Source of the DNA: an uncultured Bacteroidales bacterium
GTDB lineage: Bacteria; Bacteroidota; Bacteroidia; Bacteroidales; F082
Direction: 5' to 3'
DNA: 64,000 nt
NCBI GenBank assembly: GCA_947303085.1
Contig: CAMYXP010000005.1
Coordinates: forward strand, 71,046 to 135,045
Shown one piece after another: positions 56,288-64,000 of the stretch. Each line of letters begins with the position of its first letter. The stretch's first letter is position 1. The notes below the pieces were generated by a model. That model saw only the letters and a list, made by a program, of their open reading frames with translations, was not told the DNA's origin and did no database searches. A program made the position numbers and the translations under genes.

Positions 56288-56310
56288 CAGTTTGTAACAA
56301 TTTGAAAAAG

Positions 56311-57057
56311 ATGAAAAAACTTATATTAGTTCGCCACGGCGAAAGCGAATGGAACAAGCTCAACCTTTTCACCGGTTGGACCAACGTCGATTTATCGGAA
56401 AAAGGCGTTCAAGAGGCTTTGGAAGCTGGTAAATCGTTGAAAGACAATGGCTACAAACCTGAGATTTGCTTCACATCATATCTTAAAAGAGCCATCAAGA
56501 CGCTCAACAACATTCTCGATGTGATGGACATGGATTGGCTGCCGGTGTATAAAAGCTGGCGCTTGAACGAGAAGAGCTACGGTCAGCTGCAGGGCTTGAA
56601 TAAGGTCGATATGGCAAAGAAATACGGTGAGGAGCAGGTGCTGAAATGGCGTCGTTGCTTCGACGTGCAGCCTCCGGCGTTGTCGATGGACGACCCGAAG
56701 AGTCCGCGTCAGGACCCACGTTATGCCGAGATGACCGACGACCAGATTCCGCTCACCGAGTCGTTGAAAGACACCATCGCACGTTTGATGCCTTACTATA
56801 AAGAAGTGATTCTCAAGGCTTTCGAAAACCACGACGAGGTGATGGTGGTAGCTCACGGCAACAGTCTCCGCGGCATCGTCAAGGAGCTGAAAAACATGGG
56901 CGAAGACGAAATCATTAAATTCAACATTCCTACGGCAATACCTTACATCTTTGAGTTTGACGATAAGATGAATCTTCAAAAAGACTTTTTCCTCGGTGAC
57001 CCTGAAGAGATTGCAAAGAAGATGCAAAGCGTTGCTAATCAAGGAAAAGCAAAATAA
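56311..57057 (+). CDS. gpmA: 2,3-bisphosphoglycerate-dependent phosphoglycerate mutase
   Basis: LILVRHGESEWNKLNLFTGW catalytic His motif; AHGNSLR. The N-terminal extension in the track is rejected. Confidence 0.95.
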   Translation: MKKLILVRHGESEWNKLNLFTGWTNVDLSEKGVQEALEAGKSLKDNGYKPEICFTSYLKRAIKTLNNILDVMDMDWLPVYKSWRLNEKSYGQLQGLNKVDMAKKYGEEQVLKWRRCFDVQPPALSMDDPKSPRQDPRYAEMTDDQIPLTESLKDTIARLMPYYKEVILKAFENHDEVMVVAHGNSLRGIVKELKNMGEDEIIKFNIPTAIPYIFEFDDKMNLQKDFFLGDPEEIAKKMQSVANQGKAK

Positions 57058-57059
57058 TT

Positions 57060-57764
57060 ATGAAAAAAAGGTGGATTATACCTGACATTCACGGATGCGT
57101 CAATACCCTGAAGCAACTGGTCGAACACTGCATTCAGCCTACCAAGGAAGACTCCATTTACTTTCTTGGCGACTACATCGACCGCGGTCCGGACGGTAAA
57201 GGTGTCATCGACTATATCATGAGTTTTCAGGATGAGGGATATGACATTCAGTATCTCATTGGTAATCATGAGTATTACTGCATGAACTCATACGAAAACG
57301 ACAAGCACAGATGGTTAACCAAGAGCAGCATTCAAAAAGAATGGGAACGCTACGGTGCCAAGATGACCCTCAAGAGTTTCGGTGTAAAACACCCTCGTGA
57401 CATCGACGAGAAATACATCGAATGGATGAAAAAAGGCAAGTATTTCATTGAGTTAGATGACTTTATCCTCGTCCACGCAGGTATGAACTTCAACATCCCG
57501 GATCCTTTCGACGATAAGATGTCGATGCTCTGGGTGCGTGATTTCAAGGTCGACACCGCAAAAACAGGAGGCAAGAAAATCATACACGGACACGTGCCGG
57601 TGGAACACAGCCTCATCCAGCTTTTCCTCGAGTCGAGCGGCTATAACTTCATCGCTCTCGACAACGGAGTGTATTACAGAGACCAGAAAGTGGGCTTCGG
57701 CAACCTCATGGCTCTCGAACTCAACAGCATGGAACTCATCGCTCAACCGAATGTCGACTTCTGA
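57060..57764 (+). CDS. Metallophosphoesterase (PrpA/ApaH-like Ser/Thr phosphatase family)
   Basis: IPDIHG, GDYIDRGP, GNHE, HGH motifs. Confidence 0.75.
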   Translation: MKKRWIIPDIHGCVNTLKQLVEHCIQPTKEDSIYFLGDYIDRGPDGKGVIDYIMSFQDEGYDIQYLIGNHEYYCMNSYENDKHRWLTKSSIQKEWERYGAKMTLKSFGVKHPRDIDEKYIEWMKKGKYFIELDDFILVHAGMNFNIPDPFDDKMSMLWVRDFKVDTAKTGGKKIIHGHVPVEHSLIQLFLESSGYNFIALDNGVYYRDQKVGFGNLMALELNSMELIAQPNVDF

Positions 57765-58384
57765 TGTTTGTTGATATTCACACACATATTGATAATCAGG
57801 CGGTTATCAGGATTTTAGATGATAATTTTAAGGAAAAGGTTTTAAAGACCTGGGGAGTGCATCCTTGGGAGGTAAACGATTATGACAACGAGGTTCCTCA
57901 CGACCTGCGGTCGCTCGGAATGACAATAGCTATCGGCGAGGTGGGACTGGATAAAGTTTACAAGGAAACCTTTGAAAAACAGATTGAGGTTTTTGAGGAA
58001 ATGATCAGATTATCAGAGAGTTACAGAAAGCCGGTGATAGTGCATTGCGTGAGGGCGTATGCCGAGATAATTGAGATGAGGAAGAAGATGAAGGCGACTA
58101 TGCCGTGGGTGATTCACGGGTTTAACAGCTCGGTGGAGACCATGCGGCAGCTGCTGAGACATGACATGTACATCTCGCTTGGCGAGGTTTTGTATCGCAA
58201 TGAAAATCAAGCGGTTAATATATTGAAAAACATTCCGATGGAGCGACTTTTTTTGGAAACCGACGTCTCGGGCAGAGACATCCGCGACGTTTATGCGAAG
58301 GCGGCGGCGCTGATGGGATGTGACATCGAGGTTTTGTGCAGACAAATATTTGAAAACTATGGAAGACTGGAAGCAACGCACTAA
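57764..58384 (+). CDS. TatD family hydrolase
   Basis: DIHTH start, IGEVGLD, VHCVRA, ETD motifs. Confidence 0.8.
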   Translation: MFVDIHTHIDNQAVIRILDDNFKEKVLKTWGVHPWEVNDYDNEVPHDLRSLGMTIAIGEVGLDKVYKETFEKQIEVFEEMIRLSESYRKPVIVHCVRAYAEIIEMRKKMKATMPWVIHGFNSSVETMRQLLRHDMYISLGEVLYRNENQAVNILKNIPMERLFLETDVSGRDIRDVYAKAAALMGCDIEVLCRQIFENYGRLEATH

Positions 58385-59096
58385 TATATTAATAGGTGAC
58401 GAAGGCGTGGAACGGCTCGCCAAGGCGCATGTCTTGGTAGTCGGCCTCGGTGGCGTGGGTGCCTACGCCGCTGAACAGCTCGCTCGCGCCGGCATAGGCG
58501 AGATGACGATAGTGGACAGCGACACAGTGAGTGTTACCAACAAAAACCGTCAGCTGTTGGCGTTGGACAGCACCGTCGGGCGACTGAAGACCGAGGTGAT
58601 GGCAGAAAGAATACGCGACATCAACCCCGACATCAAGTTGCATGTGCTTACGCAATATCTTAAGGATCAATCGATTATAGATTTGATGGCGCAGAAGTTC
58701 GACTTCGTGGTCGATGCCATCGACACCATGGCGCCGAAGGTGTTTCTGCTTTATTATGCGGTGCAAAACCATCAGAATATTGTGAGCTGTATGGGAGCGG
58801 GCGGAAAGTTCGACCCAACCAAGATAGAGATTTGCGACATGTCGAAGTCGTACAACTGCCGTTTGGCGTTCTACATCCGCAAACGCCTGCACCGCTTGGG
58901 AATCCGCGAGGGTATCACGGTGGTGTTTTCACCTGAAAAGGTAGCCGACGACGCCTTCATTGTGGAAGACGAGCAGCAACAAAACAAAATAGCTACTGTT
59001 GGGACGATCTCATATATGCCGGCTGTTTTCGGATGCTTCTGCGCATCGCATGTCATCAACCAGCTACTAGGAACACAAAATCGTGTTTCTTCTTGA
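58359..59096 (+). CDS. tcdA: tRNA threonylcarbamoyladenosine dehydratase (ThiF/E1-like, TcdA)
   Basis: VLVVGLGGVGAYAAEQLARAGIGEMTIVDSD..V..TN.NRQ Rossmann motif. The start is ambiguous (58320 or 58359). Confidence 0.8.
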   Translation: MEDWKQRTNILIGDEGVERLAKAHVLVVGLGGVGAYAAEQLARAGIGEMTIVDSDTVSVTNKNRQLLALDSTVGRLKTEVMAERIRDINPDIKLHVLTQYLKDQSIIDLMAQKFDFVVDAIDTMAPKVFLLYYAVQNHQNIVSCMGAGGKFDPTKIEICDMSKSYNCRLAFYIRKRLHRLGIREGITVVFSPEKVADDAFIVEDEQQQNKIATVGTISYMPAVFGCFCASHVINQLLGTQNRVSS

Positions 59097-59814
59097 CTTC
59101 GTTCTCGATGTGAGCGATGTAATGGGTGCGTCGAGGGATGGTATTGAGGATTTTCTGAGCCTCGTCGAACTCGCCCATCTCACGATATAACTCAATTATT
59201 TCCAATATCGAAGCTTCATATTCCTCGTCATCAGGAGTATAACGGCCTTTCAGCAAAAGCAGCAGAGACTTCAGATTTTCGAGGTATTCTTCTCTCAGTT
59301 TTTTAAACATCGCACGACCCTGTTTCTGTTTGCGGCGGTTCTTACGCCACACGTTGAAGCTCATTTTTCCTGAGAAGAGGAAAGGCAGATGCATCTGGTA
59401 GTTGTTGCGCACGAGGTCGTTGTAGGCCCACCACATCAGTCGGCGGATGTAAAGTTCCTTATCTCTATCATTTTCAATGGCTTTGAGGCATTGCTTATAA
59501 TGATTGACGAGTGCCAGGCGGCCTTCGACGCTGTTGAAATGGATGCCGAAGAAACGCCAGTGGTTCCAGTTATAGTAAGGCACGTCTGGTTTTGTGTACG
59601 TCACTACGGGTTCTTTATATTCATCGACCCAAAACCAATGGCTGCATGCCGGGCATGCGATGATCTTCTGCGGCTCGGTTATGTAATTGTCGTTCAACGT
59701 CTTACCATCGGAATACAATATCGATTTATTGACCATCTCCGACTTCACGAGATGACCTTCGAGCCACGATTCGCAGCGCGGGCATTGGATATAAAAAGTA
59801 TCGTATTTTATCAT
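59056..59814 (-). CDS. Hypothetical protein with an N-terminal zinc ribbon (CPRC...CPAC) and a helical C-terminal half
   Basis: Two CxxC pairs about 46 residues apart; W-rich middle; TPR-like C-terminus (EIIELYREMGEFDEAQKILN). Layout resembles DUF2225-type proteins (recollection only). Confidence 0.45.
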   Translation of the reverse strand: MIKYDTFYIQCPRCESWLEGHLVKSEMVNKSILYSDGKTLNDNYITEPQKIIACPACSHWFWVDEYKEPVVTYTKPDVPYYNWNHWRFFGIHFNSVEGRLALVNHYKQCLKAIENDRDKELYIRRLMWWAYNDLVRNNYQMHLPFLFSGKMSFNVWRKNRRKQKQGRAMFKKLREEYLENLKSLLLLLKGRYTPDDEEYEASILEIIELYREMGEFDEAQKILNTIPRRTHYIAHIENEVKKKHDFVFLVAG

Positions 59815-59832
59815 GACGTTGAGTTTTTCGGG

Positions 59833-60462
59833 CTATTTCCTACCGAAATCGGCTGGGATCTCGCCCCAAATTTCCGTTCTCCATTTATAAATCGGCACTC
59901 TGAAGGTGTTGTCGTGAAGCCATTTCTCGGCTCGGCGTATCACCTCGAAGAGATACCTATTTTTTTCATTTTCAACGAGTTTCGTCCTACACAGACCTTC
60001 GCTCACCCATTTCTGTCCGTTCAACGAGTCGGAATAGATCGGGAGGTTGACGCGTTTTTTCTGCTGCCAAGCGAGGCAGTGAACGATGGCAAGAAACTCG
60101 CCTATATTGTTTGTTCCGCCTTCAAACACAGGGCTTTTGAACAGCTCGGTGCCCGTCTCGACGAACACGCCCCGGTATTCCATTTTGCCTGGATTACCGG
60201 AGCATGCCGCGTCGACTGCGATGGCGTTTGTGGTTGGTTTCGGGGCGCCTTCGGGCAACGATTGCCACGATTTTATCGGTTCCGATTCGGATTTCCCGGA
60301 ATCAGGTTCCGATTTAAACGCCGATTCGGCCTGTTCGCGGGTGGGAAATCCCTTGTATTTCGCACCTTGGAACCCTTCAACCTGCTGACGGCATTCGTCC
60401 CAGGAGGCGAAGACGCCGATTTGCCGACCGACCCAAACCGTGTAAAAATTGTTTTTCGCCAT
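59833..60462 (-). CDS. rnhA: Ribonuclease H1 with an N-terminal hybrid-binding (viroplasmin-like) domain
   Basis: FYTVWVGRQIGVFASWDECRQQVEGFQGAKYKGFPTREQAESAF HBD; then an RNase H core (AVDAACSGNPG..., TNNIGEFLA, IYSDS). Start at the Met at 60462; the longer version overlaps mutB. Confidence 0.8.
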   Translation of the reverse strand: MAKNNFYTVWVGRQIGVFASWDECRQQVEGFQGAKYKGFPTREQAESAFKSEPDSGKSESEPIKSWQSLPEGAPKPTTNAIAVDAACSGNPGKMEYRGVFVETGTELFKSPVFEGGTNNIGEFLAIVHCLAWQQKKRVNLPIYSDSLNGQKWVSEGLCRTKLVENEKNRYLFEVIRRAEKWLHDNTFRVPIYKWRTEIWGEIPADFGRK

Positions 60463-60499
60463 ATTGAATGTATGGGCGAATAATGATTCGCCCTTACAA

Positions 60500-62635
60500 T
60501 TATTGTTTACGCATGGCAATCAGCAATTCCAGCATCTTGATTGCGGAATCCGACACGATGGTACCAGGTCCGAAGATGGCTGCCGCGCCTGCATCGTACA
60601 GGAATTGATAATCCTGGTGCGGGATGACGCCACCCACCACCACCATGATATCGGGACGACCCAATTTCTCGAGTTCCTTGATGATCTGTGGCACGAGGGT
60701 CTTGTGACCTGCTGCCAATGACGACACGCCGACCACGTGGACGTCGTTTTCAACTGCCTGACGTGCTGCCTCGGCCGGTGTCTGGAACAACGGTCCCATA
60801 TCGACGTCGAAGCCTATGTCGGCGTAGCCTGTAGCGACCACCTTAGCGCCACGGTCGTGACCATCCTGACCCATCTTGGCGATCATGATACGAGGACGAC
60901 GACCTTCGAGTTTAGCGAACTCATCGGCCATTGCCTGTGCCTTGGCGAATTTGTCATTACCTTTTGCTTCCATAGAATAAACTCCTGATATTGAACGAAT
61001 TACAGCTTTATAACGACCCACGACCTTCTCGCATGCCATTGAGATCTCACCCAATGTGGCACGGCATTTAGCCGCTTCGACTGCGAGAGCGAGGAGGTTA
61101 CCCTTGCCTGTCTTCACCGACTCGGTGATGGCATCGAGGCAACGTTGAACGTCGGCTTCGTTACGGCTTGCGCGGAGAGCCTTCAGACGTTTGATCTGTG
61201 ACTCACGCACCGCTGTGTTGTCAACTTCAAGAGTATCAATGCTATCCTCATGCTCGAGGCGATATTTGTTGATACCGACGATGGTCTCGGTACCGGCGTC
61301 GATCTTAGCCTGCTTACGAGCTGCAGCCTCTTCGATACGCATCTTCGGAAGACCAGTCTCGATAGCCTTTGCCATGCCGCCCATCTCTTCAACCTCCTGG
61401 ATGTGCGCCCAAGCGCGCTCAGCGATTTCCTTGGTGAGAGATTCGACATAATATGAACCTGCCCATGGGTCGACCACGCGGCAAACGTTGGTTTCTTCCT
61501 GGATGTAGATCTGAGTGTTACGAGCGATACGAGCCGAGAAGTCGGTAGGCAGAGCGATAGCCTCGTCGAGAGCGTTGGTGTGCAACGACTGAGTATGGCC
61601 GAGGGCTGCGCCCATAGCCTCGATACATGTACGGGCCACGTTGTTGAACGGGTCTTGTTCGGTCAATGACCATCCTGAGGTCTGGGTGTGAGTACGCAGA
61701 GCCAGTGACTTGTCGCTCTTCGGGTTGAAGGTCTTCACGATCTTAGCCCACAGCATACGAGCGGCACGCATCTTAGCGATCTCCATAAAGTGGTTCATAC
61801 CTGAGCACCAGAAGAACGACAGACGTGGAGCGAAAGCGTCGATATCCAAGCCCGACTTGACACCTGTGCGTAGGTAATCCCAGCCGTCGGCGAGGGTGTA
61901 AGCAAGCTCGATGTCACAAGTAGCGCCAGCCTCCTGCATGTGGTAGCCGGAGATTGAAATCGAGTTGAACTTCGGCATATTCTGTGAAGTAAATGCGAAG
62001 ATATCGGCGATGATTCGCATCGAGAACTCAGGAGGATAGATATAGGTGTTACGCACCATGAACTCCTTCAAGATGTCGTTCTGGATTGTACCCTGAAGCT
62101 CTTCATATTTAGCGCCTTGTTCGAGAGCGGCCACGATGTAGAATGCCAAAATCGGCAACACGGCGCCGTTCATTGTCATTGACACAGACATCTTATTCAG
62201 CGGAATCTGGTCGAACAACACCTTCATGTCTTCGACAGAGCAGATTGACACGCCAGCTTTACCCACATCACCCATAACACGCTCATGGTCAGCGTCATAG
62301 CCACGGTGAGTAGCAAGGTCGAATGCCACCGACAGACCTTTCTGACCAGCGGCGATGTTACGGCGGTAAAATGCGTTTGACTCCTCAGCTGTAGAGAAAC
62401 CTGCATACTGACGGACAGTCCAAGGACGCATCACATACATTGTTGAATAAGGTCCGCGGAGATACGGGGCGATACCTGCAGCGTAGTTGAGGTGCTCCAT
62501 ATTCTCGAGGTCTTCAGCCGTATAAACCGGCTTCACGTTTATATGTTCAACAGTTTCCCAGTCAGGCTTGTAGTCAGCTTTGATTTGTGACTTAGGTATA
62601 GCGTTGATATTGATATTTTTGAAATCTGGTTTCAT
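60500..62635 (-). CDS. mutB: Methylmalonyl-CoA mutase large (catalytic, B12-binding) subunit
   Basis: Highly conserved: [24 protein letters not shown]..., C-terminal [10 protein letters not shown]12-binding motif. Confidence 0.95.
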   Translation of the reverse strand: MKPDFKNININAIPKSQIKADYKPDWETVEHINVKPVYTAEDLENMEHLNYAAGIAPYLRGPYSTMYVMRPWTVRQYAGFSTAEESNAFYRRNIAAGQKGLSVAFDLATHRGYDADHERVMGDVGKAGVSICSVEDMKVLFDQIPLNKMSVSMTMNGAVLPILAFYIVAALEQGAKYEELQGTIQNDILKEFMVRNTYIYPPEFSMRIIADIFAFTSQNMPKFNSISISGYHMQEAGATCDIELAYTLADGWDYLRTGVKSGLDIDAFAPRLSFFWCSGMNHFMEIAKMRAARMLWAKIVKTFNPKSDKSLALRTHTQTSGWSLTEQDPFNNVARTCIEAMGAALGHTQSLHTNALDEAIALPTDFSARIARNTQIYIQEETNVCRVVDPWAGSYYVESLTKEIAERAWAHIQEVEEMGGMAKAIETGLPKMRIEEAAARKQAKIDAGTETIVGINKYRLEHEDSIDTLEVDNTAVRESQIKRLKALRASRNEADVQRCLDAITESVKTGKGNLLALAVEAAKCRATLGEISMACEKVVGRYKAVIRSISGVYSMEAKGNDKFAKAQAMADEFAKLEGRRPRIMIAKMGQDGHDRGAKVVATGYADIGFDVDMGPLFQTPAEAARQAVENDVHVVGVSSLAAGHKTLVPQIIKELEKLGRPDIMVVVGGVIPHQDYQFLYDAGAAAIFGPGTIVSDSAIKMLELLIAMRKQ

Positions 62636-62649
62636 TGCTTACTCCTTTC

Positions 62650-64000
62650 TTATTTTGTTATACCTAATCTCTTCTGGAAACTCTGCAATGTCTCGAGGAC
62701 GTTGCTCTTCACGTGGATGAAATATTCGAGACCGGCTTCTTTGAGGATGTCGGCTGTGCCTTCAGGGTTACCGGCGAGCACCACGATGGTGTCGTTCTTC
62801 AGCTCCTCGTAAACCTTGAGGGCGTTACCTTCGCCGTATTCCTCGTCGGATGAGCAGATGACCACGATTTCAGGTTTGATGTCACGAGCGGCGGCGATGC
62901 CTTCTTCAAGAGTCTTGAAGCCTGGGTTATCCACCACTTCAAAGCCTGCGCAAGCGAAGAAGTTGGATGCGAAGTTTGCACGAGCCTTACGCATTGCGAG
63001 GTTACCATAGGTGAACATCCATGCTGTAGGACGTTTATGGTCTTTCGAGTAAACGTCGGTGGCATAGCGCATTGCTTCAAACTGCTGGGCCACGCGGAAG
63101 GTGTCGATGGTGTCGACTTCGGCTTTCTCTTCGCGTTTGCTGTCGGCTTTAAACACCCACTCGGCAGGGTCGAACTTCATTGTCTCGGTGAAGTTCGGGA
63201 ACTGGTTGGTACCGAGTATGGTCTCGCGGCGAGTTGCCACGTTGCTGAAGCGTTTCGCCGCGCTTTCCTTCACTATATTTTGGATTGTGCCTTTGCGCAC
63301 CGATGCGAGGTAGCCGCCTTCGTCCTGAATCTGGAGGAACACGTTCCATGCAGCGGTTGCGATGGACTCTGTAAGATTTTCAATGTAATATGAGCCAGCT
63401 GCAGGGTCGGCGACCTTGTCGAAATGTGACTCTTCCTTGAGGATGAGCTGCTGGTTACGCGAGATACGATCGGCGAACTCAGTAGCCTCTTCGAATGTGG
63501 CGTCGAACGGGGTGACGCAGAATGAGTCGACACCGCCAAGGATAGCTGACATTGTGCCAGTTGTGGTGCGGAGCATATTCACGTATGGGTCGTATAAACT
63601 CATGTTTATCAACGCGTTGAAGGCGTGGATACGGATCTTGCAGTTCTCTTCTTTCGCGCCGTAAGCTTTGAGTATCTCAGCCCAGAGCATACGGTAGGCG
63701 CGCATCTTCGCCATCTCCATGAAGTAGGTCTGACCGACGGCCACGTTGAAGCGCATCTTCGGAGCTATCTCGTCGATTGTCATGCCTTTAGCGAGCAGCT
63801 GTTCGATGTATTCGACACCCACTGCGAGGGCGATACCCATCTCCTGAGAGATTGTTGCGCCGGCGTTGGTGAACACGTGAGCGTTGACGCCAATGGTCTG
63901 AACGCCCGGAATCTCAGCTTTTGAAAGTATAGCCGCGAGTTCCATATCGGTGTTCTCGCTGATGAACCATGTGCCGCGACGGATATAACGTGTGAGCGGG
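62650..64000 (-). CDS. mutA: Methylmalonyl-CoA mutase small subunit (N-terminus beyond the window)
   Basis: Mutase-fold similarity without the DxHxxG B12 motif. The frame remains open upstream of the track Met to position 64000. Confidence 0.85.
   Translation of the reverse strand, partial: PLTRYIRRGTWFISENTDMELAAILSKAEIPGVQTIGVNAHVFTNAGATISQEMGIALAVGVEYIEQLLAKGMTIDEIAPKMRFNVAVGQTYFMEMAKMRAYRMLWAEILKAYGAKEENCKIRIHAFNALINMSLYDPYVNMLRTTTGTMSAILGGVDSFCVTPFDATFEEATEFADRISRNQQLILKEESHFDKVADPAAGSYYIENLTESIATAAWNVFLQIQDEGGYLASVRKGTIQNIVKESAAKRFSNVATRRETILGTNQFPNFTETMKFDPAEWVFKADSKREEKAEVDTIDTFRVAQQFEAMRYATDVYSKDHKRPTAWMFTYGNLAMRKARANFASNFFACAGFEVVDNPGFKTLEEGIAAARDIKPEIVVICSSDEEYGEGNALKVYEELKNDTIVVLAGNPEGTADILKEAGLEYFIHVKSNVLETLQSFQKRLGITK

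Noticed and set aside
56203-56310. Upstream extension of gpmA (MELEVWNWKFF…), and the 56149-56250 extension of the deacetylase ORF.
   Set aside because: Both extensions are translations of the G/T-rich intergenic repeat. Both contain the predicted -7 promoter boxes. The conserved proteins start at the internal Mets.
60463-60519. Longer RNase H start ([11 protein letters not shown]…).
   Set aside because: It would overlap the mutB stop region. The hybrid-binding domain starts right at MAKNNFYTVW.

Overview
This is a gene-dense chromosomal segment of about 53 CDS and 2 tRNAs. No rRNA, CRISPR array, transposase or integrase is visible. It looks like Bacteroidota. TAnnTTTG promoter boxes sit upstream of many genes. 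Three proteins carry T9SS-type C-terminal sorting domains. There is a UpxY-type NusG paralog next to Wza/Wzc, and many lipoprotein signal peptides. Most of the content is housekeeping: panCD, recO, recG, lysS, gpmA, mrdA-rodA, pfk, lnt, holB, methylmalonyl-CoA mutase, dus, tcdA, tatD and rlmI. Envelope and glycan genes are interleaved with these. They include a LicD/YfhO/GT4 operon, wza-wzc-upxY, a GT9 gene, rfaE-II and an MltD-like LysM transglycosylase. T9SS cargo genes are also present: a PorZ-like double propeller, a secreted PAD/agmatine-deiminase-family enzyme and a C25 gingipain-like peptidase. I do not see a recognisable defence or mobile system. The most unusual signal is at the nucleotide level. 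Two families of short palindromic/MITE-like repeats (a 'CGTCATTTCGAC...GGAGAAATC' family and a 28-nt perfect palindrome) occur in intergenic spacers. They also sit in frame inside otherwise conserved CDSs: U32 peptidase, a radical-SAM fusion protein, Lnt and a GT4. This resembles the in-frame palindromic elements known from Rickettsia. The second candidate is a tightly coupled four-gene operon of secreted proteins of unknown function that ends in a tri-modular LRR protein. All product calls come from motif recognition by eye on the supplied translations; no database search was run.
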